A stretch of DNA of 47,384 nt from Candidatus Heimdallarchaeota archaeon (GCA_020353515.1 CP070695.1:1-47384), one strand, 5' to 3'. Positions 10,395 to 20,814 are shown, counted from the first letter of the stretch. Program-made: numbers and translations. The notes: generated by a model from the sequence alone, not told the origin.

Positions 10395-12005
10395 ATGATG
10401 GAGTTCTCTATACAGATGACTGAACCTATTAAAATCATTCTTTTTAAAGGCCCTCATTGCGCCGCCTGTAAGCCTGTTGCACGGCATTTAAAGCGAATAG
10501 TAGAGACTTCCCAAGGAGGAGCGAGTATTACTACCATTGATACGGATGAAAACCGTGAAATCGCGGCTAAATATGGTGTACGGAATGTACCTCATGTTTT
10601 ATATAATGATGAAGTGATTCTCACGGCGACGCAGGCAGCCTCGATGTTCTCGAGTTTTACTACAGAAACTTCTGATACTGCAAATATATTCTCAACAGAT
10701 CAATACGATTTATTCAACTATCTGTTTAACAAACTGATTGAGGCGGGAGTTAAAGCAAGTGAGACAGATCGTGATCGTTGGCGTAAATTGTCAATTATCA
10801 GTGTTTCAGAAAGATTACTTAATATTGAAGAACTTGAAACTGTAACTCGTCCCTCAGTTGGTGATTATGTACACATAGGTCACCTCCAATCCATTGTTAC
10901 ATCACTTTTATCTATTAATCCTAGTGCTAAAGCCTATCTTTTTCGTTCTGGAGAATTAGCAGGAAAATTTGGATCAGCTCAATCTTGGATCCACAAGTAT
11001 AATCCTAAAATTATGGAAACACACAGAATGAAATCACGTTTCAAGGAGCTCTTGAAGGGATTCAAGGTTTTATATGGGCCAAATCCAAACGCAGCTAATT
11101 TAGCATCAGAACCCACTATTACACAAATTGCACCTTATCATGCCCGTTTACAAATCAAAGATTCGGGTCTTGCAGTTATGAACACTGATATCGGTCAAGA
11201 TGTTTGTGGATTCATTTCTGGGGAAATCGCGGGACTTATGGAGGTAACTCTAGGAGAGCAAGCCTCTGTCGAAGAAACTAAATGTTGGGGGTTAGGAGAC
11301 GATCATTGTGAGTTTGATATTCGGCTAGGTGAAAAATCTGACCATTATAGCAGTTCCTTGCATGAACCAAAAGAATTTTTCAGCGATTCTGACCGACTTC
11401 GCTTTGATGTTTCCTTATCAACTATTTCTCGTAATATGTTTGATTCTATCTTGAACAGGAGACGAATGAGACCAGGAATCGGTGATTATACTCATATATC
11501 TGTTTTACAACACATTATTACGTCAGTCAAGTTTTCAGATCCTTTCAATTCTACATTATTAGCATATGCAGGTCAAAACTACGGTCAGATTTTGGAAGAT
11601 GTCGGCAGCATTAGTCGAATCATGATGCGACGAGATCTTAATTACTCCTTCCCAATGGAATTTCCTCAAGCCTGTGAAGTGCTAGGTTATTATTTTAATA
11701 CTCCAGGGAGACTCTTAACCAGAATACATGGGGATGTTACAGTTAATGTTATTGATGACGAATCTGCTGTTTTTAGAATTTGGGAAAGCGCAGAGACTTC
11801 TGGAATTGATCTATCCACTGTGGATCTCTCAGCTCTTTTTCCAGGAATTGAAAAACCCACTAAGATAAATACTTTGGATGATTTTATGGCTGGTTTTCTT
11901 AATGGAAGACTAAACTTATTAGTTGAAGATGAAATCATAGTTCGGGAGACAAAGTGTCAAGCAAATGGACATCAATACTGTGAGTTTGAGGCCGAGTTAG
12001 ATTAG
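10395..12005 (+). CDS. Thioredoxin-like domain fused to two V4R (4-vinyl reductase) domains
   Basis: N-terminal CAAC and 'YGVRNVP' cis-Pro loop. Two repeats begin RPSVGDY and RPGIGDY and end ETKCWGLGDDHCEF and ETKCQANGHQYCEF. Confidence 0.85.
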   Translation: MMEFSIQMTEPIKIILFKGPHCAACKPVARHLKRIVETSQGGASITTIDTDENREIAAKYGVRNVPHVLYNDEVILTATQAASMFSSFTTETSDTANIFSTDQYDLFNYLFNKLIEAGVKASETDRDRWRKLSIISVSERLLNIEELETVTRPSVGDYVHIGHLQSIVTSLLSINPSAKAYLFRSGELAGKFGSAQSWIHKYNPKIMETHRMKSRFKELLKGFKVLYGPNPNAANLASEPTITQIAPYHARLQIKDSGLAVMNTDIGQDVCGFISGEIAGLMEVTLGEQASVEETKCWGLGDDHCEFDIRLGEKSDHYSSSLHEPKEFFSDSDRLRFDVSLSTISRNMFDSILNRRRMRPGIGDYTHISVLQHIITSVKFSDPFNSTLLAYAGQNYGQILEDVGSISRIMMRRDLNYSFPMEFPQACEVLGYYFNTPGRLLTRIHGDVTVNVIDDESAVFRIWESAETSGIDLSTVDLSALFPGIEKPTKINTLDDFMAGFLNGRLNLLVEDEIIVRETKCQANGHQYCEFEAELD

Positions 12006-12007
12006 AT

Positions 12008-13309
12008 TTATTCACCTCTAATCCGATATTTTTCTGTTACTACATAATAAGAATACAGAGAAGTAAGTGAGATAACTATTAAACCTAGAATGCACACACA
12101 AGCAGATATCGGAAACAGAGGATTATATCTGTAGGTTTCATAACCTTCTATCAACCATAGTAACATCCAGAAACCCCCTCCTAGATAAACAAGCATAAGG
12201 CCTCCAAGTAGCAATCCCAAGAGAATCATTCCGTTTTTTAATTTCCTTGGGCTATAAAATTCTGCAATAAGAAAAATAAATACGAAAGTATAGAATGGGA
12301 AGAGAAATGGTACATAATGGGGATATAAGATGCGGTTAGTAGCCATGAAAATACTCATAAACGGTAAAACAGCTTCAATTACCCTTTTAGAGCTTGCTAT
12401 AGGAGAATTGTATAGGAAAAAAATGATGAATATTATAAAAATCATTATTTGAATAATAATGGGAAATAGAGATTTTGAGACTTCAGAAAAAAAATACGTA
12501 TAAACCGACATACTTGGATCAGGTCGTTCAGCATGAATGAAGAATACATCATTTAGATAGTCCTCTGGAGCTAACAGAAGAAATGGAAGGGATACAAGAA
12601 GAAAGGTCATACCAGCACTAAACCAGATCCATACCGATTTAATTTCCTTATTATATATTCCCCAAACTAAGAGAGGTAGCATATAAATTCCTGCAATTGG
12701 CTTTACAAGTAGTGCTAATCCGAAACATAGACCACTGAGAGAGTAACGACATTTTCTAAAAAAAATAAACCCTAATAACACAAAGAAAAGCATGAAATTC
12801 TCATGAAATCCTGAAAAGATTACTGCCAACGTAGAAGGGTTAAGTAAAAACCAGTTCAATGCCGCTAAAGCAATGATATGTCCCTTAGGATGGGATTTGT
12901 AATAATCTAGCACAAGTAAATATACCAGTATTCCAACGAGGAGGTTGAACGCTATTAGAAATAGCTTGACCATCTGCCATGTAAAGGTTTCTACGCCAAC
13001 AATGGCAATTATAAATCCTAAAGAATACAAGTAAAGAGGTGGATATTGTGGTCTGGGGAGTTCGGCACCATCAATTATTATTTCACCAATATCACGATAA
13101 AGCAGTTGTCCTTGTGCAATTTTTTTAGCAGCTTCAAACTGAAGAACGAAATCCACTGGATTGTAATATAAAAATCCAAGAATCAAATGGATTATTAGAT
13201 TACAAAGCATTGAAAGTAAAAATAAATTGAAATTCTTATTAAAGTGTGATTTAGATGGAAGAAATGCCATTTTTTGTTTTTCTAACAATATTAATTCCAT
13301 CCTAGTCAT
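12008..13309 (-). CDS. GT-C fold polytopic membrane glycosyltransferase (GT87/PIG-M-like mannosyltransferase)
   Basis: About 10 TM segments, Asp after TM1 (PVDF), 'LYRD..YPPL', 'LNP', 'GLALLVKP', 'P.Y' motifs. Confidence 0.75.
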   Translation of the reverse strand: MTRMELILLEKQKMAFLPSKSHFNKNFNLFLLSMLCNLIIHLILGFLYYNPVDFVLQFEAAKKIAQGQLLYRDIGEIIIDGAELPRPQYPPLYLYSLGFIIAIVGVETFTWQMVKLFLIAFNLLVGILVYLLVLDYYKSHPKGHIIALAALNWFLLNPSTLAVIFSGFHENFMLFFVLLGFIFFRKCRYSLSGLCFGLALLVKPIAGIYMLPLLVWGIYNKEIKSVWIWFSAGMTFLLVSLPFLLLAPEDYLNDVFFIHAERPDPSMSVYTYFFSEVSKSLFPIIIQIMIFIIFIIFFLYNSPIASSKRVIEAVLPFMSIFMATNRILYPHYVPFLFPFYTFVFIFLIAEFYSPRKLKNGMILLGLLLGGLMLVYLGGGFWMLLWLIEGYETYRYNPLFPISACVCILGLIVISLTSLYSYYVVTEKYRIRGE

Positions 13310-13516
13310 AACTTTTGGTGAAAAGGAATTTCTAGAAATTTATATTAGAATACTTTCTTGATCAATTCCACTAGATATATTAAATATAAAAGCGAATATA
13401 TCCCTGTTACTAGAATCAATATAAATTAGGCTGTATAACTCCAGTATAAATTTCAGTTCAAACACAAACATGTGTCTCTAAGATTATTTTTAATCTATTG
13501 GGGATGATACTGAATT

Positions 13517-14281
13517 ATGGCAAAAAAAAAGCCTTTGTGTCCGCAGATAGCATTCTTCATTGTGAACCATGGAATTCCTGTCGTTTCCCTTGGGTTTAGT
13601 AGTGAACAGAGCTTACTCTTCGGTGGGATTTTAACTGCAATTAATTCTCTTACGCAATCAGAAACAGGCATGGGCCAGTTGAATGATATTCAAGCCAAAG
13701 AAGGGCGTATTTATATTCAGAGCGCTGGTCAGGACGCTATGGTAGGTTTTTTTGTCTGGAGCAAGACTGGGTTTCCCCAACAGATAAGTCAGCAGATGAA
13801 ACTACTTGCGGGAGGATTAGGGGCAAGGTTTTTGTCCGATTATGAATATAGTCCAGCTTTTGAGGAAGTATTGCTTGTTGGAAGCCTTCCTGATAAGTTT
13901 CAAGTGAAATTAGGTTATCAATCTATTTTCAATTGGCGTAAACAAATGAAAGATTCACCTTTTCATGTAACTGATACTCTAGAAGAGCAGCTTACTAAAA
14001 TAGATAGGGATATTTTTGATGAACTTGGATTGAATCTTTCTGATCTAACATTTCCAGAAAGAATTGAAAATGCTATTGATTTAGCTGTATGGTTTGCTTT
14101 AGGATCAGCTTTAGAAGCTAGTGTTTCTCCCCTTATAACAGCTCGGAATATTGATCAAATCATTCCTAATCTTCGATTAAAAATAAAAAAGCTAATGGCT
14201 GAGGAAATTAAGCATCATGGCCCAGCTGCTCTCCTCAAAGAAGCATTATTACAAGGAGTTGTATTTGACTGGCCTCAATAG
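13517..14281 (+). CDS. Protein with an N-terminal longin-like domain
   Basis: 'FFIVNHGIPVVS..LLFGGILTAINSLTQSETG.GQLNDI' resembles the longin/profilin-like pattern common in Asgard proteins. Confidence 0.55.
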   Translation: MAKKKPLCPQIAFFIVNHGIPVVSLGFSSEQSLLFGGILTAINSLTQSETGMGQLNDIQAKEGRIYIQSAGQDAMVGFFVWSKTGFPQQISQQMKLLAGGLGARFLSDYEYSPAFEEVLLVGSLPDKFQVKLGYQSIFNWRKQMKDSPFHVTDTLEEQLTKIDRDIFDELGLNLSDLTFPERIENAIDLAVWFALGSALEASVSPLITARNIDQIIPNLRLKIKKLMAEEIKHHGPAALLKEALLQGVVFDWPQ

Positions 14282-16065
14282 AAAGTATTACTGCAGGTAA
14301 ACTCCTTCAGGAGTTTATCAAGGGATATGAGGATGATCCCTTTGGGGAACAAGGCCTAGTAATTGTAAAACAGTTATTAGATTTAGCGTTTCCAAATAGT
14401 TCCCTCAATGAGATAATATCATCTGAACAGTTACTTGAACTCCTAAAAGTTGCTGGTGCTGAATATTATTTTAGGAAACAACCTCTTTTTATGGCTTTCA
14501 CAAGTTTTCTCATTGAAAAAACGCCGCAAGAATTACAAAAAATGGATGGTACTCAATTAAAACGAGAATTAGCTTCATTACTAGCCGAAGACACTCCCTT
14601 GCCCACACTAGAGATAGATCAAGCTTCTTATGATTTGTCTGGAAATCCAGAGTCTGCCTCTCTTGCTCGAAACAATTTAGAAAGAGCATTGATTAGTACT
14701 ACAGCCTCTTTATTTGGATTTCTTCTAATAGAAGGTGAAAATCAAGCAGGTAAGTTTTTTAAAGATTTAGATACGAATTGTAGATCTATAGCATTTCGTG
14801 TTCGTGAAGTAAACACATTATATATAATTCTTAAAGAATTTCTTAATTTCAAATGGCGCCGATTTTCAATTAGGGGTTCCTTACCTACTCTGAAAGAATT
14901 AGGAGAGGACAAAATCTGTCGATATGTAGATAAACACCCCCATGACTATTTGGAAAAAATCCTGGCAATATTTCTTAAAAATCTAGAGAATGAATTCAAA
15001 TCTCCTCTCATATTACTGATAGATCAATGTAGGATTCAAGCTGAAAACCAAAAAACTGATTTCAATTTGGAAATTGAGTTAGAAGTTTTTCAATCAGAAA
15101 AAGCCAAAACTAAAGTGATTCAGGATCTTGAGAAGCTTCGATCACGTCTTAAAGCAGGAAAAAAGGTTTCTTCGAAGGAATTTGATTCAATTAAAAGTAA
15201 CTTCTTGAAGGAATATGAAAAACTCAAGCAAGAGACTACCAAAGAATTTACGAAATTTACGAAGATTGTAGGTGATCAACTCTCCAAGGAACCTCTCTGG
15301 TTTGATTATCATAAAAAAGAATTACAGTGGGAACTAGAATCTCCACAGCAAGTTCTAAATAAACTAAATGAAAAATTATCTATAGAAAATGCATTTTTCT
15401 CTCAAAAAAAGTCAAAAACCTTTCAGAAAGCGATCACTATTTTTGATCAGTTGGGAGGGGTTCGTTTTGCGTTAGAAAATATAATTAGTCATTATTTTTA
15501 TGAGCGGATACCTTCTAGATTAATAGAATTACTCGAAACTCCCGCTAAACAGCAAAAAATTAAAGAACTCAAATTTCTGCAAGAAAAACGTTACAATGAA
15601 GGTCTAGAAGCTGTTGAATCGTTCCTTGTTCCCTACTCTGAAAATATGATATCAAGTCTCCTTACAGCTGGAATTTCCTTCTTAAAGGAATCATACATTA
15701 AAGATAATCCTGTAGTACTCATCAATGAAGAAAATCCTAGACATCCAAAATTTTTAAATTTAGTTGATGTTCCTAAAGAATGGTTTTATGAGAAATCTCC
15801 AGAAACATTCTTTGGAGATGAATATTTTTGCTTTCAAATGAATGACAATCAGGTTAAAATGGGTTTTCACCTCAGATCGCTAGATGGAAAAGGAAATGAT
15901 TTATTTAAGTTGCTTATTTCATCAACAGCCTTAGAAAATGCTTTAATATACAAAAAAGCTACTAAGATTCTTGGTACATTTTCTGGTTATGTTTATTCAA
16001 CAGCAATTGGAAATATGCGTGTTTGTCCTCCGGCCCTTAAGGCTGTTGATGATCTATTTATGTAA
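14269..16065 (+). CDS. Hypothetical alpha-helical protein; probably starts upstream of the tracked ATG at 14491, possibly at CTG 14269
   Basis: The frame is open from 14269 to 14491 (74 extra codons, LASIESITAGKLLQEFIKGYEDDPFG...). AGGAG at 14254-14258 lies 10 nt before the CTG. Confidence 0.6.
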   Translation: MASIESITAGKLLQEFIKGYEDDPFGEQGLVIVKQLLDLAFPNSSLNEIISSEQLLELLKVAGAEYYFRKQPLFMAFTSFLIEKTPQELQKMDGTQLKRELASLLAEDTPLPTLEIDQASYDLSGNPESASLARNNLERALISTTASLFGFLLIEGENQAGKFFKDLDTNCRSIAFRVREVNTLYIILKEFLNFKWRRFSIRGSLPTLKELGEDKICRYVDKHPHDYLEKILAIFLKNLENEFKSPLILLIDQCRIQAENQKTDFNLEIELEVFQSEKAKTKVIQDLEKLRSRLKAGKKVSSKEFDSIKSNFLKEYEKLKQETTKEFTKFTKIVGDQLSKEPLWFDYHKKELQWELESPQQVLNKLNEKLSIENAFFSQKKSKTFQKAITIFDQLGGVRFALENIISHYFYERIPSRLIELLETPAKQQKIKELKFLQEKRYNEGLEAVESFLVPYSENMISSLLTAGISFLKESYIKDNPVVLINEENPRHPKFLNLVDVPKEWFYEKSPETFFGDEYFCFQMNDNQVKMGFHLRSLDGKGNDLFKLLISSTALENALIYKKATKILGTFSGYVYSTAIGNMRVCPPALKAVDDLFM

Positions 16066-16075
16066 AAGTCTGTAA

Positions 16076-17449
16076 TTAATTATAATTCACATCACCATAC
16101 AGCTTTGAAATCTTCTCACGCCAACCTAAAAATGCCTCAGGTGTTTTTGGATAGTTTTGATATAGTTCTCTTGCTTTATCCATCTTGTTCAAGACTGATC
16201 TGAATTTAAAAAGAGTACCAAGAATTCTTTTACCTCGATACGCACGTTGTAGAGTTTTGAAAAATCCTCCAGAAATCTCTCCAGTGGCATTTCCATATAA
16301 TAAATCTCCTGCTTCAACGATTTTCTTGTGAAAAACGAAATTGATAAGATGGCTAGGTAATGGAATTATAAAATCTTTCATGATCGCCAATGGAGCATTA
16401 ACAAGAGCTATAGTGGTCATAAACTCAACACTGTAATCCCAAAGATTCTTCATTGAGACATTATCTTCCTCTAATGCCCTAGTGATTACCTTTCCAGCTG
16501 TTGCTGCTGCGTTGACTGAAATACCAATACCTCCACCGTCTGTTGGCTTCACTTGGGTTCCTGAATCTCCAACAAGAAGAAAACCGTTCCAGACAAGATT
16601 ATCCTGAGGACGACGAAGGGGGACTCTCCAGGCCCCAGCATGAATTAATTTTGAATTGCGATAAAAAGTTTCTTCTCTCTTTAAATATTCGTTAAATTGA
16701 TTATGGGCATTCAGCTTATTTATTTTCATGACTCCTAATCCAGCATTCATAGAGGTTGACCCACGTGGAAACTCCCACAAATATCCTCCAGGACATAATT
16801 CTTGATCAAAACTGATACGAATGAATTCAGGGGATTCAATTTCGTTCTCTACGTCACGTACTTCGCGATAGCAATTGCATACATCTTTAGGGGCTAGTTC
16901 AAGATCCATATAAGTTTTTTCTGAATCTAGTTTTCGTCGAAGCACTGCACCAATACCTGATGCGTCTACCACAACCTTTGCTGACATCTCCTGAATATTC
17001 TTATCTTTTCCCCTATATTTAATGCCTATCACTTGATCTTGGTGAACAATTGGCTCTTTGACGTATGTCGAATCATGAAGCTCCGCTCCGAAGTCAATTG
17101 CATTATTTAAAATCCTCATCCCAAGTTTAAAGCGATCAATGATTATTCCTGTTCCTCCTTCCTCTACTAATTCGAATTTAACTTCTCTATCTGGAGAGAA
17201 AAGCCATGCGCCTTTGATCTTTTGTCTGATTTCATCGCCTCTTGGTGGTTCTATTTTCGTAATCTCTTGAATACGTTTGAAATGTTCCCCACTCGTAGCA
17301 TCTCCACATATTTTGACTCCTATCTTTTCTTTGGGCTGTCTATCAAGGAGTGCTACTTTTACTCCTTTGTTTGCAAGTGTAGCTGCAGTCACTGATCCAC
17401 CAGTACCAGCTCCAACCACAATGACATCATAATTGGCCATCAATTTCAC
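16076..17449 (-). CDS. Digeranylgeranylglycerophospholipid / geranylgeranyl reductase family flavoprotein
   Basis: VVGAGTGG, KICGDA, IDR, VDASG, PGGYLWEFP, LVGDSG..VKPTDGGGI. Confidence 0.88.
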   Translation of the reverse strand: MKLMANYDVIVVGAGTGGSVTAATLANKGVKVALLDRQPKEKIGVKICGDATSGEHFKRIQEITKIEPPRGDEIRQKIKGAWLFSPDREVKFELVEEGGTGIIIDRFKLGMRILNNAIDFGAELHDSTYVKEPIVHQDQVIGIKYRGKDKNIQEMSAKVVVDASGIGAVLRRKLDSEKTYMDLELAPKDVCNCYREVRDVENEIESPEFIRISFDQELCPGGYLWEFPRGSTSMNAGLGVMKINKLNAHNQFNEYLKREETFYRNSKLIHAGAWRVPLRRPQDNLVWNGFLLVGDSGTQVKPTDGGGIGISVNAAATAGKVITRALEEDNVSMKNLWDYSVEFMTTIALVNAPLAIMKDFIIPLPSHLINFVFHKKIVEAGDLLYGNATGEISGGFFKTLQRAYRGKRILGTLFKFRSVLNKMDKARELYQNYPKTPEAFLGWREKISKLYGDVNYN

Positions 17450-17542
17450 CTAGTGCTGGAATTCATTGTTTTCAGGCATGAAATCAAGATAATTAACGTT
17501 TTGAAAGGATCCTAATCTATTTTCTGATCTTATTCAGTCTAC

Positions 17543-18667
17543 TTACTTAGCCTCTAGAACAGAATGTAAAGTAGAAATCAGCCTAGTTTGTGTTTGTTGA
17601 CGCTTTTCCAATTGGTTTTTTAGATAAACAATACTGTCTACCGTATTTGGATCTTGATTGTTTAAAATGGCTAAGTACATTGAAATATAATCCCCATAAT
17701 ACGTAGCAGAAAATAATTGACTTAATAAATGCGTTCCTCGTGCAACTATTTCAATAATTTCTGCTTTATCTTTGAGAATTTCTTTGGTTATTTCAAAACG
17801 TAACTTTACATTCGGATGCTCATCTTGGAAACGATAGGTAATCAGAATGAATGGATTTTCTCTTTCCCATGATTCCCATCCAACAATATGGTTATGGTTG
17901 AGCTCGGGTAGTTCTTCCGCTAGAGCGAGGATCTTCGAATTTTCATTGAGTTGGCATTTCATTCGATTCGCAACACAACTAAAGGGAGACCAGATGACAG
18001 GAATACGATCATGTAACTTTTGAGCGACTTGCTTAGCCTGATTAGAGGTGGTAGGGATTTCAGGGTTATATTCTTGCCTCATCTGACGAAAGAGGGAGAG
18101 AGTTTCATCAATTGCTGATTCATCTAATGAGAGGAGTTTCAATGAATGAAGAATCTTCAATAAAGGAAAAAACAAGAGGGGGAACGATGCTCTAGGTTGA
18201 TAACCAGATGGAATTGGAAAAAATGGTAAATTATGTTTCTTACAAAATGTCCCGAGAGTTCCTCCTGACCCAATCCCAATTATCTTGGCTGAATTTTTTA
18301 CTGCTGTTATTAAACAGGAGATTGTTTCCTCTGTATTTCCAGAGTATGAAATAAGTATGACCAGTGTATTTTCAGATGTAAAAGCTGGAATGTCATAATT
18401 TCTATTAACCATAACGGGGATATTTAATATCTTTTTCAGATAAACAGACAAATACTCTCCACTAATTGCAGACCCCCCCATCCCGCAGATCAATATTTGC
18501 GAAATAGTCCCTTCATACGAAATTGTATATCTCCCAACTTTAGCTTTTGCAGGAAGCTCAAAGGAATATTGAAGTAACTCTTCAATTAGCTCTACCCAGT
18601 CATATACCATCTGAAACATATTCTCTGTATCTAGTTCAGAAATTTTGGCTAAATTATCAAGAATCAT
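17543..18667 (-). CDS. Bifunctional phosphoglucose/phosphomannose isomerase (SIS fold)
   Basis: CGMGGSAISG, SYSGNTEET, QPRAS, QLNENSK, PELNHN. Confidence 0.93.
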   Translation of the reverse strand: MILDNLAKISELDTENMFQMVYDWVELIEELLQYSFELPAKAKVGRYTISYEGTISQILICGMGGSAISGEYLSVYLKKILNIPVMVNRNYDIPAFTSENTLVILISYSGNTEETISCLITAVKNSAKIIGIGSGGTLGTFCKKHNLPFFPIPSGYQPRASFPLLFFPLLKILHSLKLLSLDESAIDETLSLFRQMRQEYNPEIPTTSNQAKQVAQKLHDRIPVIWSPFSCVANRMKCQLNENSKILALAEELPELNHNHIVGWESWERENPFILITYRFQDEHPNVKLRFEITKEILKDKAEIIEIVARGTHLLSQLFSATYYGDYISMYLAILNNQDPNTVDSIVYLKNQLEKRQQTQTRLISTLHSVLEAK

Positions 18668-18890
18668 AACTGATTCACCCTTTCAGTCTTTACTTCTTTG
18701 ATCATATAATAACCTAGGTTATATTCTCACCAAACCTTTGATATTACCTAAATGATAGCAAGCTATATTTTTGATTTCATAAGGAACTAATATTGAACAT
18801 TTTACTATTTCATGTCGAAATGACCAGAACTAAGCGTATTCACAGTTGTGACAGATAAATCAAGAAGTTAGAACCAAGAAGACGATCTTT

Positions 18891-19358
18891 ATGGAAACTT
18901 CCTACCTTCAAATTTTACAATTCCTTGGTAAGTCAGGATATTATGCCCGAACTGAAGCTGAAAGAGCTCTCTTGCAAGGATTGGTTGATAAAGGGTATGT
19001 TCGTATGAAACGTGGAACTAAGAATATATTTCAAATCACATCCGATGGTGAGAATAACTTATCACGTGAAATGAATCCCAATACCTCTATTGGAGATCAA
19101 GAATTTCTAAAATACCTGAAAACTGCCTATACTGAGCTTGCAAATCCAATGAAACCCCTTGTGAAAATTCCAGATGTCCGCAAAAAATTAAGTGAAAAAA
19201 GAATTCCCGATTCCTTATTTAATCAAAAAATACTTGATTTACATGACAAAGGAGTCATCACCTTACAAACTGCTTTGTCTAAATCTCATGCTGTCTTTGG
19301 TGGTATTGAATCAGATTCAGGTACGGGTGTTTTCTATTATTTGATGTTTGAAGCGTGA
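18891..19358 (+). CDS. Small putative DNA-binding protein with two winged-helix-like segments
   Basis: 'LQGLVDKGYV..FQITSDG' and 'LVKIPDVRKKL..FNQKILDLHDKGVITL' are wHTH-like. It lies 6 nt upstream of the ATPase gene. Confidence 0.6.
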   Translation: METSYLQILQFLGKSGYYARTEAERALLQGLVDKGYVRMKRGTKNIFQITSDGENNLSREMNPNTSIGDQEFLKYLKTAYTELANPMKPLVKIPDVRKKLSEKRIPDSLFNQKILDLHDKGVITLQTALSKSHAVFGGIESDSGTGVFYYLMFEA

Positions 19359-19364
19359 TATATT

Positions 19365-20732
19365 ATGACTCACGTAGCCTCATTAGTTATAGAGAATCCC
19401 TTTCACAATTTTACTGCTCGATCTGACACTCCAGAGTTTTTTAATCTGAATCGTCCAAACAAAAATGCTTTAAAGCATGTTGTCCGATTTTTGGAAATTA
19501 TTCGCAAAAAGAAAAGGAAGTCAGCGATCTTACCCATTATTGCCGAAGCTGGGTATGGTAAAACTCATTTTTACTGGGTTTTACGTGAAACAATTTCAAA
19601 TGCTTATGTTATCTATATTCCTGTTCCCACTAATCCAGATAGAGTTTATTCTCACTTTTATTTTGAAACAATCAAAGCGGGAGGAGTTCACCTACTTGAG
19701 TACGTTTCGGATGCATTAACACAGAAGTATCAAAAAGTTGAACATGCTGCTGTTGATTTTTCTGGTATGGGTAATATTGTAGTAGAGGGTTTCTTCGCAT
19801 TAAAAGATCCTAAACAATCAAAAATCGCTCTGAAATGGTTAACAGGTTTCGATATTGACGAGGAAACAACCAACTTCAAACGAACAATAATGGATGATGA
19901 AGAATTAGCATTCGCAGCCCTCAAAGTGATTTTAGGAGTTATTGACAAGCCAATCATTTTTTTTGTAGACGAACTTGAATCCTTGTTTATAGCATTAGGT
20001 CCAGAGGCTGAGCTTCAATTTCTGGAAACTCTCAAAAAAATGCATAATGAGGCTTCAAATTTTATCTTATGTTTAGCCTGTCTTGCTACACTCTGGGATA
20101 AAATACTTGATCTTTCAAGTACGGCAGTTCAAAGTCGGATTGAACCACCAGTTGTTTTAAAGCGCTTTCTGAAAAAAGATATCCTAAACTATTGTAATCA
20201 AAAGCTCCAGGATTTTCATCAAAAGTTTGAGATCCTACCACCTGATCAGAATCCTTTATGGCCCTTAAAAAAAGCAGACATTGAATCGGCTTATGCCTAT
20301 TCTCACGGGAATCCTCGAGAGGCAATTAAATGGCTTGCAGGATGTATTGAGGAAAGAAAAGGGCCACTACTGGATGATTTGAAGAATAACCAAAAATATT
20401 TAACTCGCACTGGTAAAGCAATTAAAGCTTTTGCAGATAAAAAGAAGGATTTCAGTACAGGTATTCTACAAAAGAATCACGGCGCTTTTATATCTTTATC
20501 ATCAACTGAGAAACGAATCCTAGTTACTATTCCTCCCTCAGAGAGTATGGATGAAGTCTTTCACAATGCGTATAGAAGTGGTCTTAAAACTATTATTTCA
20601 AAAGAAAAATACGATGAAGTAGTCCTTATAGGCTGTTTTCCAGAAGATGAAAAGGATGAAGATCTGCAAATTATGCAATATTCCATTGAAGAACTTGACA
20701 CTAAATTTCATGAATATTTTGAACAATTTTGA
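19365..20732 (+). CDS. AAA+ P-loop ATPase (BrxD/DUF2791- or Cdc6-like)
   Basis: Walker A AEAGYGKT, Walker B IIFFVDELE, Arg finger 'VQSRI', sensor-2 'GNPRE'. Confidence 0.8.
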   Translation: MTHVASLVIENPFHNFTARSDTPEFFNLNRPNKNALKHVVRFLEIIRKKKRKSAILPIIAEAGYGKTHFYWVLRETISNAYVIYIPVPTNPDRVYSHFYFETIKAGGVHLLEYVSDALTQKYQKVEHAAVDFSGMGNIVVEGFFALKDPKQSKIALKWLTGFDIDEETTNFKRTIMDDEELAFAALKVILGVIDKPIIFFVDELESLFIALGPEAELQFLETLKKMHNEASNFILCLACLATLWDKILDLSSTAVQSRIEPPVVLKRFLKKDILNYCNQKLQDFHQKFEILPPDQNPLWPLKKADIESAYAYSHGNPREAIKWLAGCIEERKGPLLDDLKNNQKYLTRTGKAIKAFADKKKDFSTGILQKNHGAFISLSSTEKRILVTIPPSESMDEVFHNAYRSGLKTIISKEKYDEVVLIGCFPEDEKDEDLQIMQYSIEELDTKFHEYFEQF

Positions 20733-20814
20733 AACCTAAATCCGTTGATTATCTTCTTCTAAAAATTGATATAAATAAACCATTAGAAGTAGATTCTGTC
20801 AATAATATCCTTTT

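Noticed and set aside
18891-20732. Complete BREX system or Orc1/Cdc6 replication origin
   Set aside because: There is no pglX/pglZ/brxC or helicase nearby, and no ORB-like repeats were seen.
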